A stretch of DNA of 64,000 bases from Octopus bimaculoides (Eukaryota): assembly GCF_001194135.2 (NCBI RefSeq), contig NC_068982.1, forward strand, positions 150,373,183 to 150,437,182, written 5' to 3'. Made by a program: the position numbers and the translations under genes. Below are positions 11,188-21,350 of this stretch, piece after piece. The notes beneath the pieces were generated by a model, which worked only from the letters and a program-made list of their open reading frames with translations, ran no database searches and was not told the DNA's origin. The stretch's first letter is position 1. The number at the start of each line of letters is the position of its first letter.

Positions 11188-11266
11188 GAGGTCAGTTACT
11201 GTCTAGTGAGCATGGTCTCATTGATGTTACATCTCATGAAAACCCAATTAATCTTCATCATTCCTC
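11188..11266 (-). ncRNA. Candidate orphan box C/D snoRNA (79 nt)
   Basis: Minus strand reads gagga-ATGATGA-agattaattgggttttc-ATGA(D')-gatg taa catc(mini-stem)-aATGAGA(C'-like)-ccatgctcactagacagtaa-CTGA-cctc. It has a gagg/cctc terminal stem, perfect C and D boxes and a D'-hairpin-C' arrangement. A plausible 3' splice site lies 87 nt downstream. No rRNA or snRNA target recognised. Confidence 0.62.
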
Positions 11267-11847
11267 AATATGCAATTTAGCTTAGAATGAAATATTGGAT
11301 ATAAACCAGAAGACCGGAATCCTACACTGGAAGCATCGTTTGGATCAAAATTTACATAGGAAACCCATCTGATAGTTGGGTTCGTATGTGTGATAGGAAG
11401 CCCATCAATCAAACATTTCTCATAAAATCCATTTATGTACCTAAATCTTTCATAAATTATTCAAGATCTTGATCAGGCATCTTTTACCTTATAATACCAA
11501 ATACCATCATACTACTGTCCTGATTTTTTGATGCTGTATTTAGATTCATTTCCACAGCAATGGGGAAATCCTAATTCATTGAACTTTTAAATCATGCTTG
11601 CATTTCATGATGTTACTGAGTTGCAATTTTCTCTGCAAGTTTAACCAAATGGATAGCAATTTCAAATCCAGATTAACAGAAATAAATGCGATTTCACCAG
11701 TTCTATTATCGAGGAGAGATTAGAGCTAAATGTCTATCAGTATAGTGATGAAAAACTAAGAAAACAATTGAAACTAGCATAAATTGTTAGTCTTGCATAC
11801 TTTAATTGATTAAATCTATGGGGGGGAAAAAACTGACCATGAATGCT

Positions 11848-13541
11848 GTAGGTTGGCATGAAAGTAACTTCGGTTTTTTAGTATGTTTTTTGGTTTATGT
11901 TTAACACCTGGCCAACAAAACTAACAAGAAAAAAAGTGTATCAAACGAATATGAGAATGAAAATTTGCACCAACGAACCGGTTATAAACATTCAATACAA
12001 CTCTCCTACTCCTAATGGTGCGTTGGCACATTTTTTTAAACTGTAAAACACTCACAGTTCTTCCTACTCCCATTAGGCTTAAAACTTGCTCATTAGAATC
12101 TGAGAGAATTTGTAATTAATCAAAAATATTAAACAAGGAAGGTATCAGATCAAAAAATAATTCATGAATTTGTCTTCGAAAGTTCTCCCACCCCCTTGAA
12201 AAAAAATTGTCCTCACAAATTTCGTTGGTTCCTTGGCTCAAATTTTTGTTCTCATTCGTTTAATACATATTTTACACTTTTTTAATTTTCGTTGCTGGGT
12301 GTTCATGTAAACATTAATACTTTTTTTTTTCCCCCATATTTGGAATGATCTTCAATCAATTATATATTTTCCATTTTGATCGATGACCTTTTGCCATCTT
12401 TCTGGTAACTTCATGATTCCGCACTCATAGAACTTCTGGTCCTTATCAGCCAAAAACTCGAGCAAGTGCGATTTCAGGTCGTCATCATTATTGAAAATAT
12501 TATCATTCAAAGAATTTTGCAAACTTCGAAATAAATGGTAATCTGATGGTGCAAGGTCAGGGCTATATGGTGGATGTGACATCACTTCCCAACCAAGCTC
12601 CAATAACTTTTCACGAGTTGGCAAAGACGTGTGTGGTCTAGCATCGCCATGGTGGAATATGATTCCTTTACCATTTGCCAATTCTGGCCGTTTTTCAATG
12701 ATTGCTTTATCCAGTTTCATTAGTTGTTGACAGTAAACATCTGAATTGATTGTTTGGTTCCTTGGAAGCAGCTCAAAATACACAACACCTTTGTAATCCC
12801 ACCAAATTGACAGCATAACCTTTTTTTGATGCATTTCAACTTTCAATATGGTTTGTGTTGGTTCTTTATGCTTGGACCATGATCGTTTTCGATTGATGTT
12901 ACTGTAGACAATCGATTTTACGTTACCAGTGATGATTCGTTTCAAAAAAAGGTCGATTTCATTGCGTTTGAGATGCAAATCGCAAATGTTGATTCGTTGT
13001 GTTAAGTGAATCTCTTTCAATGTATGTGGAACCCAAATTTCGAGCTTCTTAACGAATCCAAGACATTTTAAGTGATTTTCAATTGTTGTATGTGATACAT
13101 TTAACCTCTCTGCAATCTCTCGCACAGTTATATGACAATCAGATTCAATTATAGCTTTGATTTGATCATCATCAACTTCAGTAGGTCGACCAGAACGCTG
13201 GTCATCTTTGAGTGAAAAATCTCCAGAACGAAATTTTTTAAACCATTTCTGACATGTGCGTTCTGTTAAGCAATCAACACCATAAACTTCACATATCTCT
13301 TTGTGAGCCTGAGCAGCTTTCTTCCCTTTACGGAAATAAAAAAGCAAAATATGGCGAAAATGTTCGTTTTTGCGTTCCATGTTGAACAGTCGTAAACAAA
13401 ACTACGCGCAATTTGCTTCTAAAGCAAATAACAGCTATCAAATGGCAAAAGGAAAAATCATAACTAAGTCATTCAAAAACAAAAATCTTAATTCTATGAT
13501 GATAATTTGCGAAAAATGAAACTACTTTCTTGCCAACCCAA
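11848..13541 (-). mobile_element. Mariner element (mellifera-type by resemblance) with TIR-like ends
   Basis: Right end aaaatgaaactactttcttgccaacccaa|ta. An inverted-repeat-like ggttggcatgaaagtaacttcggttttt lies near 11848, about 500 bp beyond the ORF stop, so it may belong to a second element. Confidence 0.75.
12352..13380 (-). CDS. Mariner transposase, open 342-aa ORF, catalytic motifs altered
   Basis: WVPHTL and PYSPDLAPSDYHLF motifs are present. The canonical TGDEKW is TGNVKS and the canonical HDNARPH is HGDARPH. Confidence 0.9.
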   Translation of the reverse strand: MERKNEHFRHILLFYFRKGKKAAQAHKEICEVYGVDCLTERTCQKWFKKFRSGDFSLKDDQRSGRPTEVDDDQIKAIIESDCHITVREIAERLNVSHTTIENHLKCLGFVKKLEIWVPHTLKEIHLTQRINICDLHLKRNEIDLFLKRIITGNVKSIVYSNINRKRSWSKHKEPTQTILKVEMHQKKVMLSIWWDYKGVVYFELLPRNQTINSDVYCQQLMKLDKAIIEKRPELANGKGIIFHHGDARPHTSLPTREKLLELGWEVMSHPPYSPDLAPSDYHLFRSLQNSLNDNIFNNDDDLKSHLLEFLADKDQKFYECGIMKLPERWQKVIDQNGKYIID

Positions 13542-13563
13542 TAGTTCTTTTATTTACATTCAC

Positions 13564-13609
13564 CTGTCCTGCATACTCGGTCGTCACCAACCGCTGACAT
13601 TGTCAATAT
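13564..13609 (-). ncRNA. Predicted internal exon of the snoRNA host gene, containing an ATG (MSAVGDDRVCRT...)
   Basis: Minus strand reads ttcttttatttttcAG|atattgacaATGtcagcggttggtgacgaccgagtatgcaggacag|GTgaat. It is a 46-nt GC/CpG-rich island between a strong acceptor and a donor. Confidence 0.6.
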
Positions 13610-14465
13610 CTGAAAAATAAAAGAACATTCGTATAAGTATAACAGTTTGATATATTTTAATTTACACGACGTACGGGTATAAGAACGACTGTGGCAAAGG
13701 TCTATACAATACACCAAATACATGGCATACACTAGTGTATAAACACTTTGTCTAATATAATTTAGCAATTATTATACACAGTCATCCAACATATGAAGAC
13801 TGCTCTAGCAAAATTGCCGTTACCAGTTTTCAAATTATTTCTATAAGCTCTCACCATCTGCGTAGGGTAAATAAAACTAAACAATTTTTTCATAACATAG
13901 CAGTTTTAATATCAAGCACTAAAAAGAATAGCAATCCTTGAGATGATAGCCATGCATTAGCATTTGAAAATTTATCTAGGTGTTCGGCATTCTCCGGAAA
14001 TCATGATAAAAATTCATGTGTACAAAAGATTCATATACATACACAAGAGATTCGTAAAAAAAAAAATAAGATGCACAAGTGTGCGTGTGAATATGTTCAG
14101 CTATCTCGTGTAGATCAAGCAATTTTTGGCAAATAGATTTTTCATTTGGCGTTAAGTAGATGAATACCGAAAGATAGCCAGAACGGTGCTAATGCAGTTT
14201 CGTATCTCTCCTTCAAAAATGTCATTATTTTGAAAAAAAAATTTCGTATTCCTATGTCGGAAATTACGAATATGCAAAGAAAGAAAATTTTGTAATTCCC
14301 CCACCTCATCACACTTTTAAATATTTGATTTTGTTTACTTTAAAGAGATCGTAGCGAATTAACGAACGTGCAAATCGAAATTAAATAGACAAAAACATTG
14401 AAGTGAAAAGAATTTGGGCTATTAGCTGTCAGAAGTGAAAGTGCTCACTGCTAGTGAAGTATCTG

Positions 14466-14475
14466 NNNNNNNNNN
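14466..14475. other. Assembly gap (10 N) with sequence duplicated on both sides
   Basis: aagtgctcactgctagtgaagtatctg occurs on each side of the gap. Confidence 0.9.
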
Positions 14476-14923
14476 AAGTGCTCACTGCTAGTGAAGTATC
14501 TGTCTGTCTGCCTGCATGCCTCTGTGTGTCCGTCTGTCTGTCTGCTGGTTTGAGTTGATTTATTTTTTTAACTTATGTGGAGGAACAGGGGACTTATCTT
14601 TTAAAGTTGGCGTAAAGCGAAAGAGACAGCAATTGATGTGTGTTGAAGAAGCGTGCGAGACCTAAGTAGGTGAAGTTCTGTTAGTGTGCGTGAAGAGACA
14701 GAGGCAACATACACGCAAAATTCCGAATGCAATAAACCATATGTATTTGAGGGGAAATTGTCATAAGCAGGTCACAATATTAACCACAATGAGAAAAGTT
14801 GAAACGGTTTATAGTATCTAATCAAGACTAATGATTTATAAACTATAGCCAACACAAGGGAGGTGAAATTGTCATGGACCTAATTATTCAGTACAGCAAA
14901 CTCAAGAGCGAGAACTGCACAAA

Positions 14924-15022
14924 AGAGAACTCAGACATCCAAGAAAGGAAGGTGACCGTCACAGAACACATCTCAGGTGGAAACCGCGAACAAATATGTT
15001 CAATACATCATCATTGTTCTCT
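14924..15022 (-). ncRNA. SNORD14: U14 box C/D snoRNA, copy 5
   Basis: Intact boxes, stem and both antisense elements. Shares the aaaagctgggttaag...gatatatccttaata flank with copies 1-3. Confidence 0.92.
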
Positions 15023-15159
15023 GGAACATCAAAAGCTGGGTTAAGAGATGAGAATGACAAAAAAGTAGCTCATGATATATCCTTAATAACTGTGTAAACC
15101 TTCTATACATGAACGGGTTTGAGCTATGAAAATATTCTTAATCTGCATTTTCCCCACGT

Positions 15160-15832
15160 NNNNNNNNNNNNNNNNNNNNNNNNNNNNNNNNNNNNNNNNN
15201 NNNNNNNNNNNNNNNNNNNNNNNNNNNNNNNNNNNNNNNNNNNNNNNNNNNNNNNNNNNNNNNNNNNNNNNNNNNNNNNNNNNNNNNNNNNNNNNNNNNN
15301 NNNNNNNNNNNNNNNNNNNNNNNNNNNNNNNNNNNNNNNNNNNNNNNNNNNNNNNNNNNNNNNNNNNNNNNNNNNNNNNNNNNNNNNNNNNNNNNNNNNN
15401 NNNNNNNNNNNNNNNNNNNNNNNNNNNNNNNNNNNNNNNNNNNNNNNNNNNNNNNNNNNNNNNNNNNNNNNNNNNNNNNNNNNNNNNNNNNNNNNNNNNN
15501 NNNNNNNNNNNNNNNNNNNNNNNNNNNNNNNNNNNNNNNNNNNNNNNNNNNNNNNNNNNNNNNNNNNNNNNNNNNNNNNNNNNNNNNNNNNNNNNNNNNN
15601 NNNNNNNNNNNNNNNNNNNNNNNNNNNNNNNNNNNNNNNNNNNNNNNNNNNNNNNNNNNNNNNNNNNNNNNNNNNNNNNNNNNNNNNNNNNNNNNNNNNN
15701 NNNNNNNNNNNNNNNNNNNNNNNNNNNNNNNNNNNNNNNNNNNNNNNNNNNNNNNNNNNNNNNNNNNNNNNNNNNNNNNNNNNNNNNNNNNNNNNNNNNN
15801 NNNNNNNNNNNNNNNNNNNNNNNNNNNNNNNN
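15160..15832. other. Assembly gap (N run)
   Basis: Directly visible. Confidence 1.
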
Positions 15833-16059
15833 AATTATTTCACCTTTTTGTTTTGGTGAAACTTTCACAAGCTGCGGGGAAAATTTCACTTTCGGGCATA
15901 AGGTGGAGGACAGGGTCTTTTTTTTTTTGTTTTTTTAGAATCAACGTAAATTTACCAGAAATAACTGAAAGATATCTTTGCAGAAAGGTGAGTAGATTGA
16001 TTACACAATTTCATTCATTGTTATCAGTTTTGTGAGATTTGGCTGTTGTTTCTAGCATA

Positions 16060-17010
16060 TAAATAGCCCGCTTGAAGGGGGGTTATTTTTCTTTTGAGAA
16101 ATTGAAATTTTACATTTTTTTTTTTTCAGAATCAATCTCCATATTTTGTACGTATTTCGCCAGAGAAAAAAAATTCCGAAAAATGAAGAAACGGAGAGTG
16201 GGGAATTTGAAATTTTGAACTTGTGTTTTACAAGTATTCTATTATCAATGTTATTGATAATAACATTGTGAAAATAATCTGTACTTACCCATGTGGTAGA
16301 TTTGTTGATTATTTTCAACTCTGGAAGCAGGACGGAAAGCCTGCATGAACTATATTGCTTTAGTTCTCTTGGGGGCCCCCCACACTCGTTCGATGTTCTG
16401 TGTTAACTAACGCGTTTGCCAGATGGACGAAGTTCTGACTATGCTTAATTTGTAAATGCGTATAACCTAATTTTGGAGAGAACTATAAGCACCCCAACAG
16501 TCACTATAAATAATGGATCCTTGACGGATGTGGCGTTTGATTAACGGGATAAGAATTGAAGCATTTCGTCTTTCCCCTTCGCCACACTCCAATGACAGAG
16601 GTATCAAACTTTACAAGCCTATCTCGGTTGTATTTGCTTCGAACCAAACATAATGAAGGCAAGCTTCCGAACAGAGAGATCGCCAATCAAAAGACGTGGC
16701 AAGTGTTGTATCTAAATTTTCCATAACAGATTTATGTGGCCAATTTTCTGTTAGGAAATTATTAACTTCCACGCTCCAAAAATGTGTTCTTTAGGATAGA
16801 CACTGAAAACACACATTCTGTTTTCCTTCGTCTCCAACGACGAACCATCTTCCAACATCGAAACATATTAGCCCCATTACCGAACAATGCAAGGTGAATT
16901 ACAAGTTGGGCAATTCACAGATGCAGGAATCTCGGCCCTCAATATAGTGTATTCCTGTAAAAAACAGAAAATATGCCAAAGGGGGTTCGTCCATGATTTT
17001 TACCTCCACT
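16060..17010 (-). mobile_element. Merlin (IS1595/ISXO2-like) transposase remnant
   Basis: Broken minus-strand frames read RSKYNRDRLVK...VIGVWRRG, KRHIRQGSIIYSDCWGAYSSLQ and HSQNFVH, typical of Merlin DDE transposases. The end gtccatgatttttacctccact (to 17010) resembles the TIR of the element at 24080-25186. Confidence 0.75.
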
Positions 17011-17829
17011 GAATATATATATATATATATATAAAGTAAAAAGTACACTCGGNNNNNNNNNNTATATATATAAAGTAAAAAGTACACTCGGTATTTAGGG
17101 TTAGGGTTATAGCTACTTAGGCTCGCCAGATAGTCTCCTTCATGCAATTCATATACGAGTGTTTCCGTAGTTTTATAGAGAGTCCATGTGCTACACATAA
17201 GAGCGAACTAAGCCACGTGGTCGCACAACGAACTTGCAACACCGAGCCATGTCGGCGTCTATAATCAATATATACTCATGAGGAAAACTACATCCATGAT
17301 TTGATTATTAAAGAATAATTTCAGCGGAATGGGTGATAATGGAAAGCATTATTTGAAAAATCATTTTTCCGAAACAACCATAAAGAATTGTACTTTCTAA
17401 CCAAATCATCCCTTCAATAGCAGATTCCGTTTTTCGTTCACGGTAACTGACGTTTTGGTATGTTGCAACATCTAAATTCTCAGTACGCCAATTAAGAAAC
17501 AAAGCGGAAAAGGTGACGTTCTAGCATACCCATGTATAGCTAAGACAAGTGAGGCGCTAAAAACGTGCGAAAGCAAATTGTTTAGTACTGCACTAATAAT
17601 TTTTACAAGGTTTTACAAAATTATTAAAATTCAATCAAAAACATTCACCACGTGTTATGATTAAGAATCTTGTAACAATAAAATAATATAATCATTAAAA
17701 TAAAATATTCATAGCTCTTGCTGCAGATATTAATTCTATCTAATATTTTAAATGACTATATTTCAATATTCGTTCACAAGATAATTGCTACCATGAATGA
17801 ATGTGTGACAAAACAGGAGCGATACTTAC

Positions 17830-17864
17830 GCGACGTTAACTCGGAGACGGACACCAGTGAAAAG
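17830..17864 (-). ncRNA. Predicted exon 1 (5'TOP) of the snoRNA host gene
   Basis: Minus strand reads atcatc-C+1TTTTC-actggtgtccgtctccgagttaacgtcgc|GTAAGT: a TCT-type initiator followed 35 nt later by a consensus donor. No ATG in the exon. Confidence 0.6.
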
Positions 17865-17881
17865 GATGATTGAATGAGATA

Positions 17882-18128
17882 CCGGAAGTTCGTAGATAAG
17901 CACAAACCAATGAAAGTAAGATAAAAGCAGTATTTGTTAAAATACATAGATAAACTACTATTGTAATTAAATAAATATTTTTAAATATTACAAATACTTA
18001 TAGTGCGTAATAAAGTAAAATACTTTCATTTGAGAAAATATATCCAAGTTAAATTATTTTGCGTGATACTAGCCCGTGTTTCTGAAGTCACTTCCGGAAT
18101 AATGTTAGCCCCCTCCCTCTTCCCGCCC
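17882..18128. promoter_or_regulatory. CpG-retaining promoter region with two opposed ETS/GABP sites and a GC box
   Basis: CCGGAAGT at 17882-17889, ACTTCCGG at 18090-18097 and CCCGCCC at 18122-18128. ETS/GABP sites are typical of ribosomal-protein/TOP promoters (established). Confidence 0.55.
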
Positions 18129-19559
18129 TCAGAAATGTTTAAATAAACTCTTTTCGGTACGAGTTTAATTTTCAGTTTTTGCTCGAATAAATCCGTTTTT
18201 ATTTTTTAAATTCTTTTCAGCCTTGCAGCCACTTAGAGTATGTGCGGGTACAGAAGAAACTAACTTTTAAGTAAAATAATTTAAGAGTACGAAGTACTAA
18301 AGATTCAAGTCAGTCTTAAAACCCAATACCGAAAGTAGAAGAGAGGTTCGCCACTCTAGCGAGTCTTACTGGATTCGTAAACCTTCGGCGCTTCTTCGTT
18401 TCTAAAGCTCATGAAAGTGAAAAGTATTTAACTTGTCGAATATGATTTCAAAAGAAATAAAAAACCTTTTAGGTACAGTAAAATAGTGGTCAGTATTGTA
18501 CAGTTTAGATGCTCTGGAAGCATCTAATACGATATTTCAGTGAAGCAATCAAAATTGTTGGCCTCGTGTTTTATCAGAAGCTATTATTTAAATAGGATGC
18601 ACCAAATATTTCATGATTACCTTCTTATTTCGTGTGAACAAAGCTTCGAATGTAAAAAGTTTACAGCAAATACACGATATGTTATTACTTTTAGGCAAAA
18701 TAATAGTTTTTATTGTTTCATCACACTCGATGACTGTGTTTCGCTGAGACAGTCATTTGCTAGAAAACTCGGCGATAAAACAGAAGTAGAAGAATTGTTT
18801 TCTTTGGAGTGATATAAAAGTAATAAAAACTTTGTGACAAAATGGTGATAGTGAAATAATTTTTAAATGCTTTGAGTTATTTTATAATTTATTTAATAAT
18901 AAACTAGAACATAAGGATTAGGCATCATAATACGGTTGAAAGGATTTAACAAATTGTGCACTTGTTTCTAAGTAAATTCCTAGAAACAAAGAATATGATT
19001 GCCTGAGGTACTATACATGGTTGGAAATTTTCTTTTACATTACTCCATGTCTTTTGAATTATGTTTGTGTGGACAGATTTCTTGTGTTTAGAAAATAGTC
19101 TCATGATTTGGTCACCACACCAACAATCAGTTACAATACATGTAGCTGGTAACACTTGATCAGTCTTGAGTGGCAATAAAGTAATGCAGATATCGATCAG
19201 GGACAGGCACAAGGACACACTTAAGGGTCATGCGTTCCCCCATACCGAGAATTCTCGATAATAACTACACTGGGATTTACAGTTCATGAACTTCGACTCT
19301 TCTGTTTCTACGATTATATTGTTTCTACCAATCTGTACAGGGTGATCAATACACTAAATAGCACATACATTTCAAAAAGGTTATACCAGAACTGTTGTTT
19401 CTCTACTGACACTAAAATGCTTCATAACAACATATTGTTTACTGTCAAGTGCTAAACCAATAAATATATTCTACTACAGATGACACTATGGGATATGAGA
19501 CTCGAAGAAAGAATCATGTCTAATACTTTGGTACTGTCTGCATACATAACGCCTCCAGG

Positions 19560-21350
19560 TTTTTCCATCAGAACATGTGTGGCTATTCACAAACACAGTG
19601 AGTTATTAGAACATACTACTGAATCATGAACTAATGTTAACAATACAAAAAACCGTTGTCCTCCTACACAGATATTGGCACCGCTAAACAACATTATCCT
19701 ATCAGTTCACAAATGCGCCAGCTCATTCAAGTCTTTTTAGGATTTAAGACTCATCAGCAAAATCTAAGTCAATAATCCTAGTTTCACCAATGAGAGCACC
19801 ACAACTCAATCCAGTCACCATTCAGCCAAGTATCCAATCCATGCAGGTATTGGAGAGAATGGCAGCCCAGACATAACCCTGGTGGACCCCAGATGCAATT
19901 GGAAAAAAGTCAGAGGTTGAGCCTCCAATCCGAACTGCACAGATTGTTCTGGTGTACAAGGCTATCATTAGCCCAATCAGTTGAAGAGGTATACCGCCAG
20001 CTCCAGAATCCTTCAAAGCACATACCTGTCCGCTGAGTCAAATACCTTGCGGAAGTTGGCACAGGTTGCAAGCATCCCCAACCAAAGGCTCTGCTTGTGT
20101 TCAATGAGTACATGAACAGACAGGATATTGTCAGCACTTTACCTCTTCAGTCTGAATCCTAACTGCTCCCACCGTTGAGACGCCAGCAGATGATTTCACA
20201 CTCTGTTAAGGATAACACTCGTAAAAACCTCATTGGGCACTGAGATGAGTGTAACAGCATTATAATTGTTGCAGTTATGAAGGTCACATTTACTTTTTCA
20301 GCATGGGATAATTATGCCCCTCTTCCAGTCAAGCAGTATGATGCTGGATTGAGCAGATGATCTGCTGCAAGAATAAGACTACAGCAGTCCTGCTTTTCTT
20401 GATCATCCACCGATGGATGCTACAAACACTGGCTGCCTTCCTGCCCTTCAGCTGATTTACCACCATACAAATCTCGTCATCAGACGGCAGATCACAGCTG
20501 ACTTGTTGGTTGGTCATCAGTGCTGAAGTCATTATGGTATTCAGATCAGTACTGGGTCCACCTTGACACTTCTGTCAGAAGTGTGCCATGAGAATTCAAG
20601 ACTCCAGAACACCAAGGGGAAGGTTTCACCTCACTGAGTATGGCAATTCTTCTGTAGGCAGTACCTGAGATGAACGTGTGAAACTGACTTTTGACCTTGC
20701 AAATTTCTCGGATTTGCTGTTTTTGTTGAATCTCAGCCTCCAAAGCAAATCACTAGGGGCTCTACCCAGTCTCACCCTGCAACTACGCTCCACCAATGTG
20801 AGTGTCTCCCTGGAAAGGAAAAGTTTCCTGACCCGATTTTGGAGACTGATACATTTCCTAACAGTTGACGGAAGTGTTCCTGTAAATTTCCCTCATTCCC
20901 ACAGGATCAAATGATGAGTTAGCCCCAAATAGCACAGATCCAATTTGCTGCAAATAAATCTTGCTTATACTGTTGTCTTTCAGCCTTTCAACATCCAATC
21001 TGGGACTGGCTGTGTTCAACTTCTTAAACTTCAGTCGCAATCTCAATACAGCCACAAGTCTATGGCCGGTGCCCAAGAAACTAGCACTCCAGAAATCTTT
21101 GCAATTCTGTAGGAGTCTCCAGTAGCTATCTACAAGTACATGGTCAATCTCCTTTGCCTCACGACCTGTATTGGTATATCAGGTCCAGCGATGCAGCTTA
21201 GAACGTTGGTACCAGGAGCCAACAATGCGATGTCCATGGTTTTTGTAAAAATCCAGGAGCATCACATCACCTTTGTTCCAAGCCCTGGATTCAAAAGGGT
21301 CTCTGGTCCTCCCGCTCCTGCTCTACACTTGTGAGACTTGAACACTGTCC
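19560..21350 (-). mobile_element. Degenerate RTE-clade LINE (APE + RT remnants)
   Basis: Fragments GHRLVAVLRLRLK, QLKGRKAASVC, YRRIAILS and FPIASGVHQG...ACMDWILG-like. Confidence 0.85.

Noticed and set aside
10635-11460. Stop-free minus-strand stretches (95-aa ORF at 10635-10922; ~70 codons near 11250-11455) as an endogenous viral element or lost gene
   Set aside because: No recognisable motif. Many chance ORFs of this length occur in the window, and one stretch overlaps the orphan snoRNA. A BLASTx/HHpred search would settle it.
14437-14502. Direct repeat flanking a 10-N gap (likewise at 17030-17091)
   Set aside because: Contig-overlap artefact of scaffolding.
6108-15022. Five ~100-nt near-identical repeats read as a CRISPR-like array or repeated coding exons
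   Set aside because: The sequence is eukaryotic, spacing is irregular (0.5-5 kb), there are no cas genes, and every frame has stops. They are U14 snoRNAs.
15083-15938. Long ORFs across N runs (also 24390-25192)
   Set aside because: Artefacts of translating gaps.
18505-18527. Perfect 9-bp hairpin ttagatgct-ctgga-agcatctaa
   Set aside because: Too short for a pre-miRNA, and AT-rich palindromes of this size are expected by chance.
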